Of a stretch of DNA of 64,000 nucleotides, positions 1 to 13,800 are shown in pieces. How positions within the stretch are numbered: the stretch's first letter is position 1; each line of letters starts with the position of its first letter. The stretch spans positions 1,798,001 to 1,862,000 of the forward strand of contig AP026125.1 in NCBI GenBank assembly GCA_030295235.1, in the 5' to 3' direction. The stretch comes from Fistulifera solaris (taxonomy: Eukaryota). The notes beneath the pieces are model-generated. The model was not told the DNA's origin. It worked only from the letters and a program-made list of their open reading frames with translations, and searched no databases. The translations under genes were made by a program, and so were the position numbers.

Positions 1-2011
1 GAGAAGTCGATGGCGGCCTTCAAACTTGTTCATAGCGAGCATGATTTTCTGAACGGGCCATACCAGGGTCATTGCGAGCATTGTGCCGGAACTGAACACA
101 AAGAAAGATGAACGCTGGCGAGGAAATTCCGATCGATTTTTCGCGAGGGCTTTCGAAACCTTTGTGCGTCGCCGATCATCTCAACAACGCACTTTTGAAG
201 CCTCGAGGCAACCCGCTTGAATATATTGACGTGAAGAAAGAATATGACTGCTTGCATTTGACTTTGTTGAAAAATCACGAGAAGAAAGGGAATTTTCAAT
301 TGACGCCCGAAACAAATCCGGATGATGCGTGCGTCAGCTTCTGAACTCGAGGAAAGGAGGCCCGATTGGATCGATGAAGAATCAGCAGCTCTACGTCATG
401 ATCCTCCCTCGGCATTAAGTTGTTTCTGCGCTGGCAGGGAGGTCTGTAATATCATGTTGCTGGACTTTCCGAAAGACCACTTCGCTGTATCGACCGAGCC
501 TGGCGAAGAATCCGTTCTGTTTCTGACTCTCCAAGTCATGGGGAAAGATAGCAATCAGTACACGATACTCCCGTGATTTATCGCTGACGATGACCATCCG
601 GAATTTTGTCCTGTTCGACATTTGTTGGCGACATCTACGCTGCTGGCATTGGAGGAATGCGTAAAGGATACTTGTTTCCGGAATGGAAAGAGCTCTCCGG
701 TCATATGCAAGCGCTTCAAAGATAAAAGCCAGTTGAGACGATCATTCGAAGAGCCAGTAAAGTACGACGACTTTCTTAAGAGACTCAAGGTGCGTTTCAA
801 AATTCAAATTCAAATCGTTGTACTGAAAGTGGCTGTTGTTTACTCCGCACTCACCGTTTTTTCGGTTGTTCTATAATACAGAACTGTATTAAGACCTCTT
901 TGGGGCCAGAGTACGATCCTAAACACATGACTGTTGGAACGCATTCACTTAGAAAGACTGGTTTTCTCTTTGCCATTTTCGGCATTCAGAGCCGTTACCT
1001 TGAGAGGGCGTGCGTTCTTTTGAAAGTACGCCGAAAAATCAGCCAATCGAAGACGTCGCCTTGTTGAAGTCCGCGCCATCACGCTAAAAACGGACACCTC
1101 CGTTTACCATCAAGACGCTCTTACGCTTTTTTGCCGATTATCGTCGTCAACCGCATCTCCAGCGACTTGAACAGGGTATCGGGATGGGAGTCTATTTGGG
1201 TCGCCAATGTCGATCATCGCAAAAACAACGACGACACAACATCCACGGACATGAACATCATTGACGTGGCAAATTTCTTCGTCAAGAAAGAACTCGGCAT
1301 CACTATCAGCCACACGACGTTCGGACGGAATTCTCGTTGCGGTAAGGAAGCAAAGGGGAAGCAACTGAGTGCGGAGGAGGAGTTCAATCAGCTTTTCGGC
1401 GATTTGAGTGTCACTGTCAAGCAGAACATCTGGATGTTCGCCAATAAGAAAAAAATTGTGTACCTGCGCTTGCATGCCCATGAAGATATGGAAATAGGTA
1501 CGAAAATTCGTGATCGCTCTCTCTTACGGAACCCTTCATCATTAACTCGATCTTTGTTCACTGCAGACAACAATGATAACGGCGAAAGCAACGGACGGAG
1601 ATGACGGTGACAATGCCAAGAAGCCGGAAGTTGGACAGCGGCAATAAAAAAGTCAAGTCGCTACAAGCAAGGCAGTATGGAACTGTGAGTTACGCCTCTC
1701 AGAGGGATGAGCTTTCTCAAGCTGTCGCTCGCCAGAAGCAAGCTGTCAAAAATCAATCAGGAATCTTAGAATGTCGCAAAGCTGTTTTTGATCTCGTCAA
1801 GAAATTTGCCAAGCTCGAGAATCCCACTGGAAGTAACAATCCAGATGCAGTTGATGGGCCATCTCATACTTGGGTGAATAAAATGCGAGATTCAGCAAAA
1901 AAGTATGCCAAGTGTATCGAAACTTGCTGGATGGACAAGGGTGGAATCGACGGCTTCATGGCTCTGCCGGTGGCTCTTGCTAGCTCGGAATACAAGTGCA
2001 AATGCCAGTAG
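1..2011 (+). mobile_element. Tyrosine recombinase gene, frameshifted and 5'-truncated by the window edge; Crypton-like candidate
   Basis: Hand-joined frames give LYVMIL-LGIKLFLR (catalytic R, ~390-435), FCPVRHLL (~605-628), GYLFP (~667-681), a GT-AG intron at 790-881, THSLRKTG (HxxR, 939-962), KSAxH (~1066-1082) and VYHQDA (putative catalytic Y, ~1102-1119), then a long C-terminal region in ORFs 1131-1604 and 1601-2011. Confidence 0.75.
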
Positions 2012-2551
2012 GTCGGCAATGCATAGGTCATCATACATATAACTACATATTAATAGGTAATTTACATGATTAAACGAGTTTTATCTGTTTTACATGTCGA
2101 TTGCTGTGATTTTTGTTTCGGTCGTCGTCGATGAGCTGAAAATGTGAGATGACGATTTGGCTTTCTGCGATGGGGTTGAGGGTAGAAAGGTAAAGTTTAC
2201 CGTGCGACGCGCAGACTGCGAAGTTTTTTCGGAGGTGTTCGCACATTGAGAACGAAAAGCTCGTCAGTGCCGCATAGTCGGAACTTGAGTACCGGATGGA
2301 CCCGGTGTGCCTGGTGCACAACCACAGAATATCATCTTCACCTCACACCATGGTCGCAACTCCATTATTTTTCTAATCAAGCATTTCACCCAACTCATAC
2401 ATCATGACAAGTTGCTTGTCGGTCGTTGATTACTGTTTGAGATAGCCTCTTTGATCCCACGCTTCATACCTTTCTGCTGACATAAAAATCAATAGCCACA
2501 CTCTGTGCAACAAGAGAATAAGACGAAGAAAAGGAACTACTTCGTATTACA

Positions 2552-3547
2552 ATGGGAAGATTATCGCGTGACAAACGCGACATCTTCTATAGACTAGCCA
2601 AGGAGAAAGGCTACAGGGCCCGGTCTGCCTTCAAACTTTTGCAGCTTGATGCGGAATTTGATCTATTCGGATTAAAGTCGGACGATGGGTTGAAAGTTCG
2701 ACGATGTGTGGACTTGTGCGCGGCTCCTGGTTCGTGGTCACAGGTACTTGCCGATAAATTGTATGAGATCAAAGAAGAACTGCGGAAAAATGAACAGGAT
2801 GGTCGATCGGGTGCACCAATAGCAAACGACCAAGGCATTAACTCGATCCCCGATATTGTCGCGATCGATTTGCAGCCCATGGCACCCATCGATGGTGTCG
2901 TGACCATGCAAGGGGACATCACATCAATTGAAACAGCGCAACGTGTCATTGAGCACTTTCAGGGCGAGCGGGCAGAGCTAGTGGTATGTGATGGAGCGCC
3001 CGATGTAACGGGGCTACATGATGTAGACGAGTATTTGCAGAGTCAGCTGTTGTTGGCAGCCATGCTGATCACAACGCATGTTCTTTGCGACAACGGGACA
3101 TTCGTGGCAAAGATCTTCCGTGGTCCCAACATCGGTTTCCTGTACTCGCAGCTTCGGCTTTTGTTTGAAAGAGTCAGCATCGCCAAACCGTCCAGCTCAC
3201 GGAACTCGTCTATGGAGTCTTTCGTAGTCTGTCAAAAGTTCAAAGGAGCCCCTTATCAAAATTTACCGCTGGATATTGGTGGTTATATTGACTTGAGAAG
3301 GATGAATGCCTCGAATGAACATGACGTGTCCAACGCACAAAGTTTCTACGATTTAGATCCATCCGTCGTCCCTTTCATAGCCTGCGGCGATTTGAGTGAT
3401 TGGAGTTACAATGGACAAGTTTTGGACGCGGATAAGAGCTACCCAATCGACGGTGAGCAGTACAAACCACCGATTGCTCCTCCAATCAACCCTCCATACA
3501 AACAGAGCATAGCATTACAAAAAGAAGAGCGGAGAAAGATGGCTTGA
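2552..3547 (+). CDS. TRM7: tRNA (C32/G34) 2'-O-methyltransferase, FtsJ family
   Basis: [71 protein letters not shown]; intact intronless ORF. Confidence 0.95.
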   Translation: MGRLSRDKRDIFYRLAKEKGYRARSAFKLLQLDAEFDLFGLKSDDGLKVRRCVDLCAAPGSWSQVLADKLYEIKEELRKNEQDGRSGAPIANDQGINSIPDIVAIDLQPMAPIDGVVTMQGDITSIETAQRVIEHFQGERAELVVCDGAPDVTGLHDVDEYLQSQLLLAAMLITTHVLCDNGTFVAKIFRGPNIGFLYSQLRLLFERVSIAKPSSSRNSSMESFVVCQKFKGAPYQNLPLDIGGYIDLRRMNASNEHDVSNAQSFYDLDPSVVPFIACGDLSDWSYNGQVLDADKSYPIDGEQYKPPIAPPINPPYKQSIALQKEERRKMA

Positions 3548-5483
3548 CAAGAATGCTGGGGTACGTAATTAGAGATGCTTTTTGTCGATTCGCACGGGGA
3601 TTTACTTTATGGCGTTTGAGATTCTATCTTGAATGTTGTTTTACTCCTTCTGCAAGAACAATGTTGTCTGCTTTGCCCTTAGTGATCGTAACACAGTCGA
3701 TCATTGAGCTTTACCGATGGACCCACATACTGACTATTCATGCTGCAAATTTAGATAGGGAAGGTTTTTATTGCTACTTTGCGGGAGAATAGAAACAAAA
3801 GGATGGTTGAGCTCAATCGCAAGAATGTTGAAACTGCTCTTTTCTGAGTTACATCGTTATACCGCGAATGCGTCGCCTTCCAATGCTTGCGAACGTCTGA
3901 CTCGGTATGCAAGATCTGAGACGTTGACGGGGTAGACTATGAGATTCGGGTGAAAGATGAGTGGAGAACCATGCATAAAGCCTATTGTTTATCTCGCTCT
4001 ATTGAGATCATTACGTACAAAGAGATAGACACTTGATTTGGCATGCAACCTTGACTTCGTCCTGACACATGACAGCTGGCAGCTTTACTCAAAGGATCGT
4101 ACGTTACACTTCCGTTTTTTCATTAGAATAAAGAAGCCATGTACAGTTCATACAAAGGTCGTTATTGGGTAAATCTTTGGTAGTTGCATGGTCGTCGGGT
4201 ATACTCTTGTCATGTTTTGTTATTGTCTGGATGATTGATTTAACGGGTATGGGGTATATGTTCTCTCTAGTTGGATAAAGACCAAGCAACGCGAACATAA
4301 ACTGAACCTGGTCTGACTTCGAAGGGCCAAAGTCATGCTGCCACTTCGAATCAAACCAATTTGGAATAACTAACCAGGAGGAATACTTGCTGCACTTTCT
4401 TTAAGCGGAATCCATGGCTATCCTTCCTGTTGCCCTTCGCTTCGCCCATGTTCGATCCACTCCTTATTTTCGTTCTCAGTATCAAATCTTCCTGCCTTTG
4501 TTGTTCCGACCCGCTTGTTATTAGCTTGCCTTGTCAATCCCAGACACTAGTAGGTTATTATTCGATTGTTAAAGTATGGCTCCGTCGTCAAAGAAGTTGT
4601 CTGCACCAGTTCTTGCGGATGATACATGATAAGTCCACAACTGACTTGATTGTCGAGACATGTCTTGGGAAAATTAAAGGGATCGATGAGTACTGATTTA
4701 TGATTTTATTTCATGCGACACTCGTCACTTTCACGGGCCTCGATCGACGCGTTTTGCCGTCAGGAGTGTCAAATCTTGCAGAATAGAACATTAAATTGAG
4801 CGCCTTTCGGGTCACTTCCGTCTTCATACCATCTTCTTGATGCAGAGTGATAATATTCATCAAAGAAATGCCATGAAATGAAAGGTTTTCCGTCCCAAAA
4901 TTGACCGTTGCGGTCGAATGAAGTGGGTGCAAAAGAATGGGCCAAAATGATGGGCAACCCCTTGCATTTTGCAGCAAAAATTCACGGTTTGCTACACTAG
5001 CTTTTCAAAGTACATTTTAATTTAGTCTAAGTATATTAAGTAGTTTTGACTTCGGAGCGGTACTTCGCTATTGCGACATGTCGGACCGAGTATCGAAAAT
5101 GTCGCTCAGGAAGCACGGACAGACTGGACCCTCTTTCAGACTCGTGACCAAAATGGAACACCGTGACTCGTAATCTTCGTACTATCTTCTCCATAGTTGA
5201 CGTCAGCATGCAGAGCTTTTGCCTTTATTTTGCTCGCACACACCGCTGCCGATCATACAATGGCGACCATGGCTATGTGGCAGGACGTGCAAAACAAAAT
5301 GACTCCTTTAATTTCTTTTCATTTCTAGTCAACTTGTCGTCCACTATCTTCAGTAGAGCTGCGGTCGTGGTGCTTAAATAACGAATAACTAGCATTTTTC
5401 TCGTACAGTGGCGATCAAGAATCATATTGAAACGAGCCGATTGCCTTGTCCATCCTTAAAACAACCAAATTTTGAACACCAGG

Positions 5484-7641
5484 ATGCAACTACTAGGGGC
5501 TTCTATCACTCCCAATCCTGAGTTTGTATCAATATCTCTACTAATTAAGCAAGACGGTACAAGTCACCAGCAGTCAGTGATAGAACGCACAATCCTCGTT
5601 TCACCTTCATCGACCATCTCTCAAATATCAGCCGACAATGCGCTCCTGGAACTCCACAATCATCTGACTTGTGTAATCAGGGCTTCTTCAGAGCCAAATT
5701 CAAATGAACTTTCAGTAGACAGCGTCGCTCTTGAGCTCCTGCGGGCGGACGAAAAATTACTTTCCTCGATGCAAATCTTTCGGCCGAGTGTTAGTCATGG
5801 AATAGGACTCTATTACCGACTCGTGCGCCCAAGCGTGGGCAGTTCATTATTTCAAAGCTTAGTTACATGTTCCGTGTCCAGAAATGGTAGCGCAACATCA
5901 GCGAAAGAAGACTTATCAAAGATTGAGGGGGTTATTATTACTGTGGGGATATCTGGTCTTGCTTCGGCCTACTGTTCTTCGCCTCTGGAATATTCCTTAT
6001 CCCAGCGAGTGAGTGATTGTTTCAGTTTCATCGAAAAGGTCGGAGTTGAGGATATAACTGTTACGAAACAGTTACTTTCGTCGTTCCTGCTTTGGAAGGA
6101 TGAGTCAAAGAAATCAGATGCAGCCGTCGAAACAAGAAACGCTATTACTATTCCCGAGCTTGATGATGCTGCGAAAAGTTTAGTATCGCCACTAAGAATA
6201 AACCGAAACAAGGCTGCTCCCAAATCGGCAGAAAATGGTTCCAAGAAACAAATACCGACGATTCAAATGGTGGCCACTAATTCAGCTAAAACTGCACGCG
6301 CGATGGTCGACCGAATGACTTTGCTTTCGGTATCCGAATCACAAACACTTTTACGCCCTTATGAAACACCAGGAGTGCAAAGGAGAGCGAATCTTGATTT
6401 TTCTGGATTATCAAAGTCTAGATTTAGACGGCGGAAGGGCGACGGCAAAGACGCTGATTTCGATGGCTTTGATTTTAAAGGCAATGTCGAGCCCGCTTCA
6501 TTGAGAAAGGTACTCTCACTCCACAAAGCAGTCGAGTGAGTAGCGCTAGCAGTGTGACTTCAACTGGAAAGCCACCCAAACAATTCAAGGGTCCGCAAAA
6601 GGACACGAGGACGAAAGGTGCCTCAGTTCCTGCGCTTTCTGCTCCCCGGACAGATGGCCAAGTACGAAGGAAAAACAAACTACAGTTTGACGACGATACA
6701 TCCGATCACTTTAAGGGAGGCTCCAGTGTCGCTAGCGTGGGAAGAATACAAGTTAATATTGCTTTGAACGAAGATCTGTCATGCTATTATAAGGATTCGC
6801 AACTGTCTACGTGTTGTGTCGAAGGCATCATTCAAGTAAGTGTGCTCACAGCGATTGAATTGTAAAGTTTCATCTTTGCTGATCAAGTGTCTTAAAGGTT
6901 CAGCTGAAAACGAGCGTAAGGACGCCGGGTCCATTTTATCTACTTTTGAGAGACCCCGCGCAGCAAATCGCCTCACTGAATGAAAACAAGAAATTTGCTG
7001 AGGACGTGACCACCGAGCTTGCAAGGGATAACGAAAGCGAGTATGCCGATCGAAAGTTTACTGTTAAAGTTCCAACAACAGAGAGCTACTACCCCATTTT
7101 ACGTTACAAATGCTCATCAAATCTCCGACCTGTCCCGATCGTAAGTAGTCAAGATGCGTGTACCGATCGGATAACAAATTCTCTCTTTCTCACCCTTTCT
7201 TTGGATGAAAAGCGAGTTCAAACAAGAGTGAAAGTCGACGACAATGCATGTCGCGTTGCTCTACAAATCAGTTCAAATCCAAACAATTCTGCGAGTCTGA
7301 CGGATCTCACGATCATTATGAGTGCCCCGGATGTTGTCATAGGTGAAAGTCTGTTAACGCAACCTGCAGGGGGAGTATGGGATGAAGAAAAGAGAGGCGT
7401 AGTATGGTGCGTTTCCGAGTTAGGTGGGGGCGAGAAGTTTCAACTTCAAGCTAGATTCGAAATGATTAAGAATCGGACATCGAAAGATATCTTGCAATTC
7501 CCCGTGACTGTACGTTGTCAATGCCTCTTCGCACAACTGAGTGAGATCGAAATGGAAGTAAGAGATATACCGGAACGTTATACAGCAGAAGTTGCAATGA
7601 AAGTGGCTAGGCGATTTCGGCTTTCCCATAGAGAGAAATAG
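5484..7641 (+). CDS. Protein with C-terminal mu-homology domain (muniscin/adaptor mu-like)
   Basis: C-terminal IALNEDL..VEGIIQ..ILRYKC..PVP..ISSNPNN..GVWDEEKRGVVW..FPVTVRC; introns 6836-6897 and 7141-7212; frame breaks near 6500-6540 and 6930. Confidence 0.7.
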
Positions 7642-7747
7642 GCACAGGTGGTTAGTTGAAAGCAATGGTGACTACTTATTTCTGAAGGAACACTAGTGCT
7701 AAGGAAGAAAGCAATCGTAATCGAATGTTAATCGTTCCGTTCCTCGA

Positions 7748-8615
7748 TCAGATCTCGGTCACAGTTTCGTCGTCCTCTTGTTTAAAGAGAATCATCGGGC
7801 TGGCATCAGCTACTGGCGTCGTGGCGGCTTTCTTTGACGAGTGGTGGATTCTCCAGTGATGTTCTAAAGCTGTCAACGATTCAGAGTCTTTCGATGCAAT
7901 AGACAACTGCGGTGAGCGTGCCTCCTTACGTTGTTGACTGCGCTTTGTAGCATTCCACTTGTTTTTGATGTCATTGTCCGTGCGATTCTTCATGAGCTTT
8001 GCCATTGCACTCCATCTGGGAGCATGCAAAAGAAAACAGTGTGAGATGTTGCGAGAAAAGGCAAATATATAGCGCAGTCGTAAGCTTACCGAGGTCCAAA
8101 CGAACGGTACATCTCATGAATCAGCTCTTCCTCTTCAGCAGTCCATTCCCCCTTTTTGATACCAGGACGAAGGTAGTTAATCCATCGTTCCCGGCACTGT
8201 TTGGCGGATCGCTCAGTACCCATTACCATGCACACCTGGTTCCAGGCTCCGGATTTCTCGAGATCAGGATCGTTCGTCATCACATCCTCGACGGCGTTGC
8301 GAAGATCCTTATCTTCCTGTACGTGGGGTCAGTATCCGTTTAAAATTTCATAGAATTCACACATCATGGTCTTACCGATTTGGTCCATCGATTTCCTTTC
8401 TTGCCAGCACTCGTTGAATCACTCGAGACACTCTGACTTTCGGCTTTTGTGAACTTTTCCAGAAAGTTCGGCTTGCCAGGAAGCTTTCGATGCGACCACA
8501 TGGGAGCATGAGTGGTCGAAGATTTGATGGAAGAACTCTTGCCCGAATCCAGCAAACGCATTTTCTTAGGACGAGGAGTATCGCTGTGCGCCGCGGAACG
8601 CTTGCGATCGCTCAT
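7748..8615 (-). CDS. R2R3-type MYB transcription factor
   Basis: RWTKS/EDKDL..WNQV..RSAKQCRERWINYLRPGIKKGEWTAEEEELI..FGPR/WSAMAKLMKNRTDNDIKNKWN; introns ~8317-8375 and ~8016-8090. Confidence 0.9.
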
Positions 8616-9171
8616 TGTATCAGAAAATTCCAGCAAACAGCGTCAATCTCAATGGAGCTCGCGTTGATCAGCAGCGATTCTCTAGAACCTTTGATGTAAT
8701 CAAAGACGATACAACAGGATTCGACGTCGAATTCAGGATGTTTCTTTCCGCTGTATAATACACACCCGCTTCGATTGCTGTGTTTTATGACGATCATCGT
8801 GTGACATTGCGTCGCGACGCACTCAGCGCATCAAGGCGAAAAGGATCCCACTCGGATTGGATTGCTTGACAATGAGAAAAGGAACGGTTTTCAAGGTTTG
8901 TTTCGACGACTTCGACGATCGTTTCCAATGCTTACCGGAGCGACATGACTTTAGAAGTACTATAGTAGAAATAGTCGATGAAAGATACTATAATATCAAA
9001 GTGTAGATTACATTTTCTGTCAGGCGTCGGTTGATTTCGTCGTTGCGTCTCTTATTTCGCGGCCTCATCCATCCGAAAATTCGAAAACGACCGATTCGTT
9101 CCTTCATGATTTACTTATGAAATAGTTAGAGCTACCTGCGGCTATTCACAAACTTAAACAAAATTATTACC

Positions 9172-10195
9172 ATGACGAACGGTTCTAGGGAGCAGCATGA
9201 CCGCGTACCGCCCGACTATGCTCTCGGGGACGACACGGATGATGAAGATCATGAATCGGACGACGACGAAGTTGATCCTTTGTCGCACCTCCCAACCTAT
9301 GTCGTTCGAAGAGTCGAAAAGCTGCAAGAGCTCGATGCAGATCGCGAAAGTATAATGGAAGAATACTTGAAAGAAAGGGCTGCTCTTGAGAGAAAGTACA
9401 GTACCTTGATCAAGCCTCTGTACGAAAAGCGAGCCGAAGTCATCCGTGGGGAGCACGACGAATCGATCGCTCATGCAACACCCGCAGAAATTCAAAATAG
9501 CCAAACTGACGAGGAGAACGTCACAGGGATTCCACAATTCTGGGCGTGTGCGATGACGCATATGGAAACGATAGGGGAGCTCATTACGGAAGAAGACGTA
9601 GATTGTTTAGAGCATTTACAGGATATTCAATGTGAAGACGACGAGGATGGAAAAGGATTTACGTTACGGTTCTTCTTTGCCGAAAATGAGTATTTTACGA
9701 ACACAGTACTCACCAAATCGTACCAAGTTCCCAACCTTTTAGTATCCGACGAGCCTATGATAAAGAATGTCGAGGGGACCAAGATTGACTGGAAGCCAGA
9801 TAAATGTCTCACTCACAAGAAGATAACGAAAAAGCAGCGTGGCAAGGGTAGACACGCTGGGCAAGTGCGAACGATTGTACAGCAAGAAGAAAAGGAATCT
9901 TTCTTTAACTGGTTTAGTGCTCCTGAGTTACCGTCGCTGAATCCCGATGTCGATGAGATGGACGAAGAAGAAATTGAACGTTTAGAAGAACTATTTGAAA
10001 GCGATTATGATGTAGCGCAAGCGTTTCGATCGAATGTTATTCCGAAGGCTGTTGGCTGGTTTACAGGAAAGGTGAGTAGGGTATCTCTCGAACGTGTTAC
10101 TTTCACGCTGAGAACTAATAGTGTTTTAGGCCATGCAAGAAGACATGGAGGGAGTGATGGGAAACGGCCTGAATGCGACCGACGAAGAAAATTGA
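9172..10195 (+). CDS. NAP1: Nucleosome assembly protein 1 family histone chaperone
   Basis: PLYEKRAEVI, GIPQFW, FTLRFFFAENEYFTNTVLTKSY, GTKIDWK, ESFFNWF, IPKAVGWFTG; intron 10072-10129. Confidence 0.92.
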
Positions 10196-10856
10196 GATTG
10201 ACTTAGTATTGTACTTTACTAAATCGTTTCTTTGTTTGAATAGACTTCATCGTTGTGGGTGTACTGTTGTCCTTCAAGGGACGGTACTTCGTATTATGAC
10301 TTTTAAGCGCTCAATCTATCTCTTGCTTTATTTTTTGTTTCGTGTTATCTTGCGTATTAGAAATAAGATACATCTTCTATCTCCCAGTCTTCGGTCCTAC
10401 TAGGTCTAGGTCCTAGAGTCCGATTAGCAGCTAGAGTCGTGCTAGTTAGATAAAGCCAGGCAAAGAGGCTGGACAGTAGAACCAAAAGTAGGCAAGCAAG
10501 AACTGTATTTAATATCTTATAGACGTACCGGTACCGACTCACGCAATGAAAATAAAACACGCAAACATTCGAACAAAAAAAAATGGAGCTTGTTGTTGAG
10601 AATGTTATTGTCGCACTTGAGGTGCATTAATTTTTTCAACTCACTAAAAACATACTTTTCGTTCTTCTCTAGTCCTTTCACTTCATTAACTGACCGAGAG
10701 TCCACGGGGAACGTGCTAGTTTCAACCGAGAAGATTTCATAGAGCCTGAGACGCTTTCCCCGCATTCTCGCAGAACAACGTTTTCGCTTGTTGATTTCAA
10801 TCGGCACTTCTCTCGCGCATTTCTTATCCTTTTTAAAAGGAAACGAAATTTCGGTC

Positions 10857-13800
10857 ATGTCGCTGTTGCAAAGACTATCAGCTGAGGCGAGGGATGCCAT
10901 GCAAGATCTTTATAGCAACTGGGTTCTCGGTGACGATGCGGGGAAGTCAGCGCGGATCACTTTAGTTGTGAGACCACGTCGTGCTGTTACAAATCGTAAC
11001 CAGCCTCTGCTTGACTTGGGTATGACTTTCATAGAAATCAATGGGAGAGCTTACGTCAAATCCGTTTTACCAGGGTCCTTGGCGCAAAAGGCGGGGGTGT
11101 TACCCCAAGATGCCGTGCAATTTGCCATGCTGTATCGAAAGAAATGGTATTTGTCGTCACATGATGAGCACGACCTTGTTGATCGCTCTTCTGCACGATC
11201 GCGCGAAGCTATGGATGAGATTGCTGCGAAGCATGTGTTGGAATTGGAGTCCAAAGGAGTACGGATTTCTTACGACGAGCTAAAAGCATTGCTTGCACAA
11301 GGGCTGGATCCATTGCAGTCTGCATTTTTATCACCGTCGACGGCAAGCAAGTCAAAAGGAAACACTTGGAACGGTCCTCCCATACCAGCAACTGTCAATA
11401 TCTGTGTTCCCTTGGAGGGCTCGATAAAAGATGACTATACGGACTCACGCGGAGATGATACTGACGATTCGTATCGTCGTCCAACTTCTCCGTTCTCTCA
11501 TGAGATGCCACGGCCTGTGGTTTTTGTTTTTCGACGGACGCGTCAGAGGCGATCTTTGCAGGTCTATACATCGAATTTAGCCCCTTTGTTCCGGTTAGAT
11601 GACGAGTGTGATTTTGCTACGTCTTTGGTCCAAAGGCTGGCACCTACTGGTGACATGGCGGCACCTCCTCCAAATATGTTCGAGGAGTTGATTCACGACG
11701 GCACGGACTGGCTGCTTGGACGGGAAAGCATGTTGCCTCCAAAATCAAAAGAGAGTAGCTCGCAACAAACGAATGAAACCCAATTACTTGATTACAACGA
11801 TGAGGATCCCATTCCATTGGACGACTTTGAAAAGCAGAGAGCTGCAAAGCTTGCAAGGCTTCGTGCGCAAATGGCTGCCGAGTCGGGCAAGCCTGGTTCC
11901 GGTAGTGACGTTGAGGCGGAAACGATTCGGGGTATGATTCAAAAGGCAGTGGGCTTGGCGTTTGTGCGATCGGGAAAAATGGTCTTGGGCGTTTCATTGC
12001 ATGCTGGAACAGGACTCGTCATTGCTCGACTTTCTGACGGAACTTGGTCGGCACCGTCTGCTATAGGAACGTGGGGATTAGGATTTGGGCTGCAGTTTGG
12101 TCTGGAAGTTGCAGAATATATATTTATCTTACAAACACAAGATGCTCTTGAGCACTTTCGAAGGGGAGGAAGTTTTACCATAGGGGGCAATGTTGGTATA
12201 GCCGCCGCGGGGATCGGCCGCGAAGCGTATGGAGCAGCGAGTATTTCCGGGGCATGCGGCAACGTGAATACCGTCAAAGACGATGAGTACAATGACAATG
12301 ATACGCAGGATGAGAAGATAGCCCCAGCTTTAGCAATGACCCCGATAGTGGCTTACGCGAAGAGTCAAGGGTTGTACGTTGGCGTGTCGTTGGAAGGGTC
12401 CAGAATTTTTTCTCGAGACGATATAAACTGCCGAGCATATAAGTTCGAACTCGGTAGGGACGTCACTGCAAACGACATTTTGTCTGGCAAAGTTGCTACG
12501 CCCACGGAAGCGGAAGATCTCTACGCGGCATTGCATACTGTCGAATTTGCTCACGAGATGTCATGCTTACCTAAACCTCCTGCATTTCTAGACTCGGCTA
12601 GTTCGTGGCATTACGATCGATGTTCTCTTGGACGACGTTCGTCTGCACCGGCATCTCCGAATAGCAGTAAGGGGCAGCCTTTTTCATTTCTGAACAATCT
12701 GACTCCAGAAGAAGCAATCGAGTGCGAGACTTTCGAAGCGCAATTTAAGAAGTTTATGTACGGTGGAGTGTCTGTTCAAAGAATTATTCCTGACAAGAAA
12801 ACCCAGTCTGGAAAAACAAGTAAAGAACGCAGGACATTGTGGTTAATGCTCCCAGAAGTGGGGTCGCTGAGACTCGGTTTCGTTTCTAAGCTCAGTGACG
12901 GTGAAGGAACGCTTTCAAACAAGAGTAGCACTCAACAGGCTCGGCGCGACGAACGAAGCCGACTCGCGGCTGTGGATGGAGATGTTGCAACCGTTGCGTC
13001 TGAAGAATTGACTCTTGACTCTGCTTTGAATACAAAGGTATGCACAATTTAATCTCGAAACTTTGTCTTCGAATCTTCTTTAACCAATGCCGTTTTCTTT
13101 TGTTTCACAGGATGGTTCCACAACCATTGGTCAAAACATACGTTCGGGGAATGTAATTCTGTCAAATAAGCATTCAGTGGCTTTGACGGATGTTTCTGTC
13201 TTGTCTCATGATTCACCTATTCCTCTCCGTTTTGAGGAAGACAAAATGGAACATCTGAGAGTTATTTCTGTCCAGGATGTTTCGGGCACAACCTTGCTTT
13301 TCCTTGCTAACAACTTCCGTGAGGCTGAGCTGTTAATATGTGGCTTGAAACTGTTACTAGAGCGGGAAACAACTCGATTAGGCGTTCGTGGTGGTCTGCC
13401 GCTTAGAGCTTTTGGCGGAAAATGTCTTGAAGGGGGCCATGTCGCCTTCGGCTGCTCGTGGCTTTAGAGATACATCAATCATTAGCACTCGTACTTCTTC
13501 TAGAGGCTCGAAATCATCCATTTCGCATGTCTCTGATTCAGATGCTTGCGATAAAAATGAAGAGAACTTGGTCGATCAGTACGAGCGAGACCGTGAAGGG
13601 GCGGCTGATCGAAAATGGGGGAGTGTTCCGGGGAGAGATTACATGCGAAACCAAGCTGCCACTGCTGTTGAATCTGACGACAATGGTTTCATAGAAAAAG
13701 GCTTTCCGCAATACATCCACGATCATACAATTGTAAAAGAGATTGTTACCAGAGTTCGAATTCCTCTTTCATTTTCGCTGTGTCGGGAGCTTTTGTTGGA

